Virus record (IMG/VR): IMGVR_UViG_3300040856_002539
Span: 1-56,127 of that record
Direction: 5' to 3' (one strand)
DNA length: 56,127 bases
DNA from: a virus
Taxonomy: Duplodnaviria; Caudoviricetes
Shown: positions 7,152 to 16,388 of the stretch, piece after piece
How positions within the stretch are numbered: position 1 is the first letter of the stretch
How the letters are laid out: each line of letters begins with the position of its first letter
Program-made: the position numbers and the translations under genes
The notes under the pieces: model-generated
What the model saw: the letters and a program-made list of their open reading frames with translations, nothing else
What the model was told of the DNA's origin: nothing
The model's database searches: none

Positions 7152-8381
7152 TTATTTCTGAATTTCTGCCACAGCTAGTTTACCCTGCTCAAACACGGAA
7201 TCAACAATAGTCTGGACATTGCGTGATGCAACATCAGTATTTTTATTGTAAACAGGACAGATCACAAGACCTTCTGGTTTCAAATAAGTCGAAAGATCTC
7301 CAGGAATTACTGTTCCGTTTCTCATGCCTGCGGCATCATCAGGATGAAGACGCAGTGTACGACCAATGTTCTGAAGCATAGAAACAGTATCCATTGTACG
7401 CATAAAGCACACAGCGTCTAAACATGCCATGTTTACCCCCTCTGAAAGAATGCTGTGGTTCATAACAATAAACTTCTTAGAATCGTTCTTACCCCAAGTA
7501 TTCAAGATCTGAAAGAACTTTTCCCGAGTCACTGGTTTCCCATCACAATAAGCACCATACTGAGATGTGATATGAAGTAGTGAATATCCACGATCTTTAA
7601 GTTCTTCCTGGAAACTAGATTCCGAAAGAAGAGTCATCATATTCTTGGTTGACTTCACTGCCACCAGCATCTTATTGACTTGCTCTCCATCGATAATTTC
7701 CAGAAGATGTTTGCAGTCTCGCTCTGCAACATTATCGGTCACTGCTTCCAAATATTTCGCAACAACTCTTGGTTTTGTGATATAACCACCTTTAATCAGT
7801 TCTGGTGCGGGAACATTAGAAATAATCTTTCCATATACATCAACATCGTTCATTCCAGGTTTAGAGGCAACTGCACTGGTTTTAGGAGTTGCAGTAAAGA
7901 AGAAACAACGATCCGATCGTTCTGATGCTGTCTTGACATGTTCATGAAAAGAACGCTTTACCGAATTGTGCGCTTCATCTAGTATGTAAGTATTGACATG
8001 AATATTTGCTTCCTGGATACGACGAAGTGAATTATAAGTACAGAAAATCAGTTTGTGGTGGTTCTTATGGATCTTTACCCAGTCTTGAATATTCTTGGTT
8101 TTTGTGGTATGATAGTGTTGTACTTTTCCAGAATGCACATGAAGAACACGAGCGTTCTTGATGTGCTCAAGATACTCAGAACTGAGTTGACAAGCAAGAA
8201 GAATCCTTGGAGCAACAACACAAACCGTCTGTGGGTTTGTTTTCTCAAACTCTCTTATGGTATCAGCAATACCAACCATAGTCTTTCCCCCACCAGTCGG
8301 ATAAGTAACAATACCAACATTATTGTGCTGGAGATCGAAAAAAGTTTTGGCTTGATGAGGACGGAGTTCCATGAGAATCAT
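7152..8381 (-). CDS. Superfamily 2 DEAD/DEAH-box helicase
   Basis: LRPHQ, PTGGGKT, DEAH, TAT, LSEG, QNIGRTLR. Confidence 0.92.
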   Translation of the reverse strand: MILMELRPHQAKTFFDLQHNNVGIVTYPTGGGKTMVGIADTIREFEKTNPQTVCVVAPRILLACQLSSEYLEHIKNARVLHVHSGKVQHYHTTKTKNIQDWVKIHKNHHKLIFCTYNSLRRIQEANIHVNTYILDEAHNSVKRSFHEHVKTASERSDRCFFFTATPKTSAVASKPGMNDVDVYGKIISNVPAPELIKGGYITKPRVVAKYLEAVTDNVAERDCKHLLEIIDGEQVNKMLVAVKSTKNMMTLLSESSFQEELKDRGYSLLHITSQYGAYCDGKPVTREKFFQILNTWGKNDSKKFIVMNHSILSEGVNMACLDAVCFMRTMDTVSMLQNIGRTLRLHPDDAAGMRNGTVIPGDLSTYLKPEGLVICPVYNKNTDVASRNVQTIVDSVFEQGKLAVAEIQK

Positions 8382-8394
8382 TGATTATGAAATA

Positions 8395-8452
8395 ATCATA
8401 ACACAAGAAAAGAACCTTGTGTAGGTTCCTGTGACAGTTATTCTAGTGTCTA
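8395..8452 (-). promoter_or_regulatory. Early-type promoter
   Basis: TAGACACT-N5-AACTGTCAC-N30-TATGAT with a GAACC/GGTTC stem. Confidence 0.7.
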
Positions 8453-8590
8453 CTGATAGTTAATAACCTTAACTAGTTCCCTTCGGGAACTTCTCTTCGA
8501 GAATTATCTAGATCTTTATTCTTTATTTTCTTTATTAAAGTTATTAAGAATTATTAGTTACTAGAGTTGTTTTCATCCGTGACAAGGCTG

Positions 8591-8619
8591 ATTGTACTGG
8601 TTTCCAAGACCCTTGTCAA
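8591..8619 (-). promoter_or_regulatory. Sigma70-like promoter
   Basis: TTGACA-N17-TACAAT. Confidence 0.75.
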
Positions 8620-9050
8620 CCCCCATCTAGAAATGTTACGAATTCCTCATAAAGAACAGATTCTTGTTCTTCTGCCTCGATCTCATGAGGTTGGTTGACA
8701 TAATCAAGATTATCGATTATAATTCCATTCCAGTATCTCTTAGAGTGCCTGATCTTCAACCACCCTTGACAAAACTGAAACACATGGTATAATTCATGTA
8801 TCAGTGTACTGATGTAGTCGTCAACCTCTAGTGTCTTTTCCAACTCAATCAAAAAACTTCTAGGATTTTCTCCACATTCCTCATAAGGAGAAATGTCACA
8901 ATATCCATAAACACCATCTTCCGTCAGATCCTTATGATCAACAATAATTTCTAGATCATAATCCAGAAAATACTTCTCTGAAAACCAATCCACAATGGTT
9001 TCGCAAAGACCTTCACGCCTTTTTCCGTTTTCAATCTCAAGTTCCAACAT
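8616..9050 (-). CDS. Putative zinc metalloprotease (HEXXH)
   Basis: TLIHELYHVFQ...QPHEIEA; likely start MLELEIE. Confidence 0.8.
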   Translation of the reverse strand: MLELEIENGKRREGLCETIVDWFSEKYFLDYDLEIIVDHKDLTEDGVYGYCDISPYEECGENPRSFLIELEKTLEVDDYISTLIHELYHVFQFCQGWLKIRHSKRYWNGIIIDNLDYVNQPHEIEAEEQESVLYEEFVTFLDGG

Positions 9051-9144
9051 AAGAAAAAATGACATACGACAGTCTAGTAAACCAATGCATGAACCAAATG
9101 AATGATCCAATGAATACGATTCTGCCTAGTCTACTGAACTCCAT
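9037..9144 (-). CDS. Small membrane peptide (35 aa)
   Basis: MEFSRLGRIVFIGSFIWFMHWFTRLSYVIFSYVGT; first ORF after an early promoter. Confidence 0.55.
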   Translation of the reverse strand: MEFSRLGRIVFIGSFIWFMHWFTRLSYVIFSYVGT

Positions 9145-9173
9145 CTTGATGTGGTTTGGTCTTGTGTGGTTTT

Positions 9174-9231
9174 ATGATAGTGCTGTCTCGGTGGAGTCTG
9201 GTGAGTCAGTGGACGGTTTTGTTTGTGGCAC
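9174..9231 (-). promoter_or_regulatory. Early-type promoter (degenerate)
   Basis: GTGCCACA-N5-AACCGTCCA-N30-TATCAT. Confidence 0.6.
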
Positions 9232-9289
9232 AAAAAAAGAACCATCTAGGTTTGCTGGCTCTTATGTGGGGTCTTGCGATTCTGGATGA

Positions 9290-9616
9290 TCAAACAGCAA
9301 AAATACCCACAAACTCTTGAGGAAGATTACAAGACTCTGCAAGTTCTATCATCTCAGTTACTAATGCAGAAGGAACTGTAGTTACATTCTCAATTGTAGT
9401 CCAGGTATTATTGAAGTCTTGATAGTTTCCACCTTCAATAAGAAGTAGAGTTGCTGGAAGTGCAGTAGCAGCAACAGGAGCAATACTCATCAGTTCTCCT
9501 ACAAATGTATTAAGTGCTATGGATGCAACTGCTGTGGATTTAAATGTATTCCAATCTGGTAGTTTTGCAATATCTTCTGGAACAAGTTCACCAGAGTCAT
9601 AAAGTGTTTCGTCAAT
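9290..9616 (-). CDS. Hypothetical late protein lacking a canonical start (ATT start or 5'-truncated)
   Basis: The frame of 9290..9490 is open for 42 more codons, up to ATT 9616, immediately after late promoter CTAAATA (9624-9630). Confidence 0.55.
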   Translation of the reverse strand: MDETLYDSGELVPEDIAKLPDWNTFKSTAVASIALNTFVGELMSIAPVAATALPATLLLIEGGNYQDFNNTWTTIENVTTVPSALVTEMIELAESCNLPQEFVGIFAV

Positions 9617-9623
9617 TTTTAAC

Positions 9624-9630
9624 TATTTAG
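9624..9630 (-). promoter_or_regulatory. T4-like late promoter
   Basis: CTAAATA. Confidence 0.6.
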
Positions 9631-10085
9631 AGAGTAGTTGAGATTGCACTTAAAGTACCAGAGTTATCAACTACTAATCTAAATGTTGTTCCATTTGGAG
9701 AAGTGAGAATAATACCTTGTGAGGTATTAATACCAACTCTTAAGTCACCACGAACATCCATTTTTGTTGAGGGTACTGTGGTTCCAATACCAACAGTGTG
9801 TGATTCACAAGGAGCAACTAGAACTCTTCCATTATTATATACCTGAAGATGTGGAATTCCGTAGAAATCATTAACCGAAAATGATGCTACTGAAGAACCA
9901 AAAGAAACATCAGCATCTATAAGAGAGAATAGTTCTGATTTTTGTCCCTCAAAGGTGATTCCACCATCTGCAGTATCTAGTACCTTAAGAGTAATCGTAG
10001 AGTTTCCTGCACCAATAAACTCAATCTTAGGGTCACTACTGACACCAATATTGGGAGTGATTTTAATATCGTTATACTGCGACAT
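9627..10085 (-). CDS. Tail-fibre-related protein
   Basis: DIKITPN...PKIEF...ITFEG...LFS...FSVND..GIP; VGIGTT repeat. Confidence 0.75.
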   Translation of the reverse strand: MSQYNDIKITPNIGVSSDPKIEFIGAGNSTITLKVLDTADGGITFEGQKSELFSLIDADVSFGSSVASFSVNDFYGIPHLQVYNNGRVLVAPCESHTVGIGTTVPSTKMDVRGDLRVGINTSQGIILTSPNGTTFRLVVDNSGTLSAISTTL

Positions 10086-10107
10086 TTCTACTCTACACTT
10101 TTATTAG

Positions 10108-10114
10108 TATTTAG
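10108..10114 (-). promoter_or_regulatory. T4-like late promoter
   Basis: CTAAATA about 22 nt before the ATG. Confidence 0.65.
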
Positions 10115-10116
10115 TC

Positions 10117-10428
10117 TTATACAAAGACACGATAAGGAGTTACTGGACTTGGATTTAGATTATAATCAGTCAATGACTCTGGTAGTGATTCTCCAATATA
10201 GTTTGCGTGCCATCCTTCGAGTACAGTTGGTGGTGTGAGTTCTTCACCAGTTTCAATGTCATAAACTCCACCTTCTGTGATGGTTCCAATAGGGTCAAAT
10301 GCCCAACCAATATCTGCTTGCTTATAATAACCAGGATTATTGCCGATTGGAGCAACATAGATTCCTGCAGTTTCTAGTGCAGTTTGTGCTGTTGCTTCGT
10401 CTGGGAACTTAAGGAAATATGTAGTCAT
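10117..10428 (-). CDS. Small partner of the fibre/spike gene
   Basis: YFLKFPDE...DPIGTI...GWHAN...PVTPYRVF. Confidence 0.75.
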   Translation of the reverse strand: MTTYFLKFPDEATAQTALETAGIYVAPIGNNPGYYKQADIGWAFDPIGTITEGGVYDIETGEELTPPTVLEGWHANYIGESLPESLTDYNLNPSPVTPYRVFV

Positions 10429-10449
10429 TTTATGTCTTTTTATGAGTAT

Positions 10450-11634
10450 TTATCTTGTGAGTTTTTGAAGTGTGGAGTCTTGGAGTCTTTGTGGGTAGTA
10501 GGCAATGCGACCAATGTGACCTTTTGAACCCAAAGATGAATTAATAAGTAGTTGAGTGCCTGTTGGAGTATAAGAAAGAGAAGTATTAGAACCAGTTTGT
10601 ATTCCGTCTCTATAAACTCTAAAGTCTTGCGATTTTAGAGCAACTGCAGTTTTGCTGGGAACTGTTTGAGAATTGCTCAATCCTCCCATAATCGTAGGAG
10701 TATTAGCAAGTGTTCTAATTGATCCAACAACAGTAGTATAAAACACACCACCAAATGTAAATGGATTGCCTGCATTTTGAGTAAATCCAAGTGCCATATC
10801 AGTAAAGAAAGTTCCTTCGTTATTGTTATACCAACTGCTAAAGTTTGTCCCAGTAATGCTCATAACATCTGCTGTACGAGTTAATGTTCCTCCGTTGGTG
10901 GGGATGTAAGAGGTTGGGAAGGTTCCTCTTTCTAATTGAAAACCACCAGCAATTATATTATCGCCCGCATTTGAATAGAGACCGTTACCATTAGCAACTC
11001 CAAATAAAAATCCGCTTACACCAGTACCAGTAACAGAAGCGTAACATCTGTACCATCCATTACCAACATCTATCATATATGCGCTACCAGAATCCCATCC
11101 AGAATTAGTAGGAACTCCAGTAGAAAGATTAAAGTTTACATACACACTTGTTCCATTTCTAATAAATGCCGAAGTTCCCTGTGTACCCAATCTAGCATAA
11201 AAAGAATATGTAAATTTTACACCAGAAGTATTAAATCCCAACATAATTCTTACATCATCTCCACCCGCTGAAGTAAATCTCCTTGCAGTAGAGAAGACTC
11301 CAGACAACCCAGTAACCTGAGTATTTGTAATTCCTCCTCCGGAAGTTGTTGGCATAGAATTTGGTAATTCATTACTCCTACTCTCCTCCACCAACAACCC
11401 AAGGCTCTCACCCGTCGTTGGGTCGTGGTCGAATCGTGGTTCATTAGAATCAGCATACTTTAGGATTCCATCAGCACCAAAATAAGTTGATTTAGAAGTC
11501 CCAGACTGAACTCTACTAAAATCAATAAGATTCTTACCACTAATAGCATCAACTAGATCTTTCCTATAGGAAAATCTTAGATCTAAAGATGGTAATACAT
11601 TAGTTACACTTTTTGTTCCGTATACGATTGCCAT
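10450..11634 (-). CDS. Fibre/head-spike-like protein with carbohydrate-binding beta-sandwich modules
   Basis: PSLDLRF...PRFDHDPTTGESLGLLVEESRSN...GNGWYRC...QLE.G.FPTSYIPT...TRTAD...YYPQRL. Confidence 0.8.
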   Translation of the reverse strand: MAIVYGTKSVTNVLPSLDLRFSYRKDLVDAISGKNLIDFSRVQSGTSKSTYFGADGILKYADSNEPRFDHDPTTGESLGLLVEESRSNELPNSMPTTSGGGITNTQVTGLSGVFSTARRFTSAGGDDVRIMLGFNTSGVKFTYSFYARLGTQGTSAFIRNGTSVYVNFNLSTGVPTNSGWDSGSAYMIDVGNGWYRCYASVTGTGVSGFLFGVANGNGLYSNAGDNIIAGGFQLERGTFPTSYIPTNGGTLTRTADVMSITGTNFSSWYNNNEGTFFTDMALGFTQNAGNPFTFGGVFYTTVVGSIRTLANTPTIMGGLSNSQTVPSKTAVALKSQDFRVYRDGIQTGSNTSLSYTPTGTQLLINSSLGSKGHIGRIAYYPQRLQDSTLQKLTR

Positions 11635-11645
11635 TTTAGAAATCT

Positions 11646-11826
11646 TTACTTTTGTGTTTTAAGAAATTGAAAGAACTGTGAGAAATCTCCCATCCATACT
11701 TTAGAACCAATATGAGCACAAGTAGAACGAATGTCCGCCCAAATATCAAATCCTAACTTTTTTAACTTATGACATAGGAACTGCTTTTGGTAAAGTCTTA
11801 TCCGTGTTTGTAGAATATTGTGCCAT
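11646..11826 (-). pseudogene. Deletion scar: 19-codon gene start joined out of frame to the C-terminus of a glycosyltransferase-like gene
   Basis: ATG 11826 gives MAQYSTNTDKTLPKAVPMS*; another frame reads FLCHKLKKLGFDIWADIRSTCAHIGSKVWMGDF...K* with no start. Confidence 0.6.
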
Positions 11827-11882
11827 TGTTTTTAACCCTCTTTGAACAAAAAATAAGTGGAAGGTGGGTGTTATTATTTAGA

Positions 11883-12587
11883 TTAGTACTCAACTTGTAG
11901 TTTAGCAACATCTTTTCTTTCGCCTAGAACCATAAAGTAACAGTCGATGTCTCCACCAATACATTCTATTTCTATAGTATTGCTGGAGATACCAACAACA
12001 CTATGTAGTTTTCCATTTTTTGGAGTAAGATTGACTGTGATAGAATCTTCATCAACAAGTCCAGTCCAATAGTCTGGTAGAGGAATAATGGATTCTGTAG
12101 TCTTTCCTCTAACATAGACTCCATTTTCTGGCCCTTCTAAAGAACCGTGTCTTAAAGTCATTCCAGGTTTTGTTGGGTGAGGAATGACGAATGACTTGGT
12201 AGTGGCACCAAAATCACCTACAACATGTAGTTTATATTGTGGTACTGTGGTTCCAATACCAACAGAACCACTTACATAAGCACCACCAGTAACTTGGAGT
12301 GGTTGTGATAAATTTCCGGTAGATGTTCCGGGTCCGATGAGTACTGGTCCATTAGTAAAAGTAGAAACACCAGAAACATAAAGACCAGAAACATTAGTAA
12401 ATCCTAGAGTAGAGGTTCCATCAACATTCAAAGTTTCGATGTCAACATTAGAAGTAAAAGTGGAAGCACCAGAAACCTTGAGTTCTCCACCAACATCTAA
12501 TAATGCTTGTGGGTCTGTCGTATTGATTCCAACTTTTTCGTTCTTGAGAACAAAATCATTTGAAAATCTTATGCGATTATTCGCCAT
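11883..12587 (-). CDS. Tail-fibre protein with C-terminal chaperone-like domain
   Basis: VGINTTDP/VGIGTT repeats; KSFVIPHPTK...LRHGSLEGPENGVYVRG...LPDYW..LV...ERKDV. Confidence 0.8.
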   Translation of the reverse strand: MANNRIRFSNDFVLKNEKVGINTTDPQALLDVGGELKVSGASTFTSNVDIETLNVDGTSTLGFTNVSGLYVSGVSTFTNGPVLIGPGTSTGNLSQPLQVTGGAYVSGSVGIGTTVPQYKLHVVGDFGATTKSFVIPHPTKPGMTLRHGSLEGPENGVYVRGKTTESIIPLPDYWTGLVDEDSITVNLTPKNGKLHSVVGISSNTIEIECIGGDIDCYFMVLGERKDVAKLQVEY

Positions 12588-12614
12588 TTCTTGTTACTCT
12601 CTCTATTTTACTAT

Positions 12615-12743
12615 TTAGCTCGTCGTCGTTGCCAAAGAGACTTTAACTGTCTCGACATTTTCACTCACCCAAATAACATTTTTTGGAGTCTTAGTGCTCA
12701 ACTTAACAGTTTTACTTTGGTCTCCTGGTAGTAGTATTTTCAT
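12615..12743 (-). CDS. Small hypothetical protein (42 aa)
   Basis: MKILLPGDQSKTVKLSTK...; starts 1 nt after the upstream stop and ends in a late promoter. Confidence 0.5.
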   Translation of the reverse strand: MKILLPGDQSKTVKLSTKTPKNVIWVSENVETVKVSLATTTS

Positions 12744-12744
12744 C

Positions 12745-13083
12745 TTATGTCGGTAAAGTAGCAGACCCATTCACAAGAGCATTACCTTCAACACTTTTGG
12801 TTCTTGTTCCATCTGGTGCAATCAAAAACACATCATAATAATATCTACCTGGAGTCAATGTTGCAGTAACAGTCCTTGACAGAGAAGTATTCAATACTGA
12901 TGTGGTTGTATTAAGAGTAGTCACAAAAGAATAACCAGTCGTTGCTCCAGGATGTTTTTTTAATGTTGCAAGAGCAGTGTAGTTTGCTAATGATGCAGCA
13001 CTTTCATCTGGGTTTTTGATATTATAAGTTTCGGTAAAATCTGCACCTTGTTCTATGGTGATGTTGACTACATTGACTGCCAT
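12745..13083 (-). CDS. Virion structural protein (BppU-N-like Ig fold)
   Basis: NITIEQGADF...PGRYYYDV...VEG.A.V. Confidence 0.75.
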   Translation of the reverse strand: MAVNVVNITIEQGADFTETYNIKNPDESAASLANYTALATLKKHPGATTGYSFVTTLNTTTSVLNTSLSRTVTATLTPGRYYYDVFLIAPDGTRTKSVEGNALVNGSATLPT

Positions 13084-16031
13084 TAGAGTTCGGTTCCTTT
13101 TCTGGTTAGTTTGACAGTATTATGTGCATAAGTAGGAGTAAACTTAAGTCTTGCTGTTCCTCCACTGATGTCCGCAGTATAATCGCCAAGATTCTCAAGA
13201 TTTGCGATACCAGCATATTCAATTACCGAAGCATCAGTTGAAGCAGAACCAACAGATTGTAGAAGCATTACATCACTGACTTGGAAACTTTCAATCAGTG
13301 GACCAGCAACAGTAAAACTGAATCCAGTTCCAACTGTAGTATCATAAGGTGATTGTAAATCAGTATTATCAATCGTAAGTGTTTCACCTACTTCATATCC
13401 AGAACCACTGTTTGTTATGGAAACCGAAGAAACACTACCACCAATGAAGGCATTTGGGTTAGAAGAAATATCATATCCAAGAACAATAAAATCAGTGCCA
13501 GCAGAATCTTTGGTCAGTCTAAATGTATTAGAATCTATTGGGTCTAAGTAATATACTGTTGTTCCGCCATAACCAGGACCAACAAATAGATTATATGAAG
13601 TATTAAAACCAACCACACTTGTGAGTGCCGCCCCAACAAGAGGACTGATTGTTGGTGCATCAATCGTAAATGATGGATTTGTTGTATATCCAAGACCAGT
13701 TGTTGCGGTAACTTCATAGATACCAAGACCAACAGTGCTTCCAACTCCTGGAGTTGTGACTGTTGCCGTGACTGGCATATCAGCAGAAGTATAACCATAA
13801 CCAGAGTTTGTGACTTCAATACTAGTTAAAATAACATCAGTGACTGTTGCTGCTGCGCCTGAACCACCACCTCCAGTAAAACTAATGACTGGTTTTGATA
13901 TACCAAATCCTGCGCCAGGATCATCCACATCAATGTTGGTTACAATCATTTGAGTGATTGTGATTGCTGCGCCTACACCAGCAGAATCATTGGTAATTGT
14001 TACTGTTGGTGGGACGGTATATCCAGAACCAACATTCGTAATATCAATATCAACAATACTACCAGAACCATCTACAGAACCAAGAATCATTGTTGCATCA
14101 GTTCCAATACCACCTACTGGATTGATTGTAATGATTGTAGTTCCTGTATTATACCCAGTTCCAGGAGTGATTTGAATTCCAGCATCACTAATACCAAGAC
14201 CAACTCTAGTAACTGGAGTTGAAGTTGGAGTCTGGTTATAAGTAACTGTTGGTGATGAAGTATATGTAGAACCAAAACCAGTTACAGTAAATGTAGAAAT
14301 ACCAAATCCAACATATCCAGTTGCAGTTTCTCCTGTTCCAACTAGAGTACTATAAGTAACAGCAGGTGCAATATTAGTTACAATGCCAGCAGTATTTAAA
14401 GTCACATTTGTAACTTTCATTGAAACATTAGTCACAACTGCAGTGCTTCCAACGCCAACACCTGCAACTGGATTTCCTATGATAATAGGTGAATCGATGG
14501 TAATACTTGGAGTTGTCGTAAATCCTGCACCAGAAGTTGTAATTCCTATTGAAGATAGTTTTGATTGCTCATACTCAGTTGGAGACAATGTAGTATCAAG
14601 GATTACACCAAATCCTGTTGGGATTCCGGCAATACTACCAGAAGTAGTAAAGATTCCTCCAAATGACTGAGTGATTGGATATGCAGGAGCAGTTAATGTG
14701 ATTGTCGCTTCTGCTCCAGTTCCAATACCAGAAGAAATAAGAATTACATTATCATAAGTTCCAGGAGAATAGTTTAGTCCAGAACTTATTTCAGAAACAG
14801 AACCAGTTTCCAGTTGTAACTGATTATTAACCGTGACTTGTAGATTATATCTTGCGCTACGATATTGTGAAGTATTAAATGTATCGATAACAACTTCATT
14901 TGTTGAAGTTGTTGTTACAATACCTGGTGCTTCACTAAAACTTTGTGCAATGATTTGATCAGCACGAATTGTTCCATTGACATCTAAAGAATACTCTGGT
15001 TGAGTACCAATACCAAGACTTACAGAAAATGGATTGTAATAGAGACCATCAGAATCAACATAAAGACTTGAGAAACTATCAGTTGTTGGTGAGAATCCAA
15101 TATAATAAAGTTGATTATTTGAAGATTCTCTGGTCGCAACTGACAGTGCTAATCCAACTGCAGCATCTTCGCCAACAACTCCCCAGGTTGGTGGGTTAGT
15201 TCCATTAGATAAGAGTGCTTCTCCAGCATTGCCAGAACTTCCAAGATAATCATAGATTAGTCCATAGAACCTTGATGAACCAAAAACATCTAACTTATAT
15301 TCTGGTAAAGTAGAACCAATACCAACATTACTATTAAGTGTTTTGACTACAGTAGATGAAGTACCTACATTTAGGTTGTTGATAAAAATATCATCTACTG
15401 TGCTAGAATCGAAATATGAGTTATCTGCAGTAATAAATCCAACAACTGCAGTGTTGACTCCTATTTGGCCTGATACAGTTACATCACCAAGTACATCAAG
15501 TTTTTCTGTTGGAAGAGTAGAACCAATACCAACATTATTATTTCTAAAGACTACATCAGTTGCACCTTTTAAAAATCCAGTTCCAGGATCATTATATGGA
15601 ATCTCATAAGGATTCCCAGGCGCAACTAAGTCAGTAACTTGGATTCTTACGGTTGCGATGCCGGTTTGGTCTTCTGGATTGTCACCAACAAAGTCAACAG
15701 TAACACCAGCGCCAACAAAGTTGAAAAAATTAAAACTATTGGCAAGACCTACCTGAACATCATTATTAAAAACAGTAAATGAACCAGGAGATAATCCCCC
15801 AACAGAAAGTGAAGTTGATGGCAACCAATATCTCTTTCCAGTTTGCCCACCAACATTGATTAGGAGATATTGACTACCAGGAGGAGCAGGATTTGACGAA
15901 ACCGAAGAAGGCCCAATCAGGGGGTCACCTAAATCTGGTTCCGCCTGGTCTAATCCAAGAAACTCATAACGGTCACTTGTTATGCCTGATTGGGGAGTCT
16001 TTTTGACTCTCCCAGAAATTATTTTTGCCAT
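13083..16031 (-). CDS. Large tail-fibre/virion structural protein
   Basis: 982 aa, G/S/T-rich; VGIGST motifs and repeated GxGYT.xP.VT beta modules. Confidence 0.85.
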   Translation of the reverse strand: MAKIISGRVKKTPQSGITSDRYEFLGLDQAEPDLGDPLIGPSSVSSNPAPPGSQYLLINVGGQTGKRYWLPSTSLSVGGLSPGSFTVFNNDVQVGLANSFNFFNFVGAGVTVDFVGDNPEDQTGIATVRIQVTDLVAPGNPYEIPYNDPGTGFLKGATDVVFRNNNVGIGSTLPTEKLDVLGDVTVSGQIGVNTAVVGFITADNSYFDSSTVDDIFINNLNVGTSSTVVKTLNSNVGIGSTLPEYKLDVFGSSRFYGLIYDYLGSSGNAGEALLSNGTNPPTWGVVGEDAAVGLALSVATRESSNNQLYYIGFSPTTDSFSSLYVDSDGLYYNPFSVSLGIGTQPEYSLDVNGTIRADQIIAQSFSEAPGIVTTTSTNEVVIDTFNTSQYRSARYNLQVTVNNQLQLETGSVSEISSGLNYSPGTYDNVILISSGIGTGAEATITLTAPAYPITQSFGGIFTTSGSIAGIPTGFGVILDTTLSPTEYEQSKLSSIGITTSGAGFTTTPSITIDSPIIIGNPVAGVGVGSTAVVTNVSMKVTNVTLNTAGIVTNIAPAVTYSTLVGTGETATGYVGFGISTFTVTGFGSTYTSSPTVTYNQTPTSTPVTRVGLGISDAGIQITPGTGYNTGTTIITINPVGGIGTDATMILGSVDGSGSIVDIDITNVGSGYTVPPTVTITNDSAGVGAAITITQMIVTNIDVDDPGAGFGISKPVISFTGGGGSGAAATVTDVILTSIEVTNSGYGYTSADMPVTATVTTPGVGSTVGLGIYEVTATTGLGYTTNPSFTIDAPTISPLVGAALTSVVGFNTSYNLFVGPGYGGTTVYYLDPIDSNTFRLTKDSAGTDFIVLGYDISSNPNAFIGGSVSSVSITNSGSGYEVGETLTIDNTDLQSPYDTTVGTGFSFTVAGPLIESFQVSDVMLLQSVGSASTDASVIEYAGIANLENLGDYTADISGGTARLKFTPTYAHNTVKLTRKGTEL

Positions 16032-16035
16032 TTAC

Positions 16036-16386
16036 TTACTGTTTTGCGGTTTCAAGGATGCTTAGTACGATATTTAATTCGTTATTGCCACTTGCTTGAA
16101 TTTTTATGACATCATTGGTTTCAAGTGCTAATCTTCCATCTGGTACCAGACTTACACTATCATTTGGTGGAACATAAGCACCATTTGCAAACTTATAATC
16201 AGTTGGAGTTTCTCCTGGGCGAGAATGTAGTGCAGTCACTTGTGATGTGGTACTAGAAGTAATATTAGTAACTTGTGCCAGCAATACAATGGCAGAGACT
16301 CCAACAGGACAAGTGTAAATACCGACTGTTCCTGTTGTGATTGGTTTTCTTATTGTCTTGAAACTATTAAGTGCTACTGCTGCCAT
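16036..16386 (-). CDS. Small virion structural protein
   Basis: IYTCP.G..AIVLLAQVTN...LETND.I...LSILET. Confidence 0.8.
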   Translation of the reverse strand: MAAVALNSFKTIRKPITTGTVGIYTCPVGVSAIVLLAQVTNITSSTTSQVTALHSRPGETPTDYKFANGAYVPPNDSVSLVPDGRLALETNDVIKIQASGNNELNIVLSILETAKQ

Positions 16387-16388
16387 TT

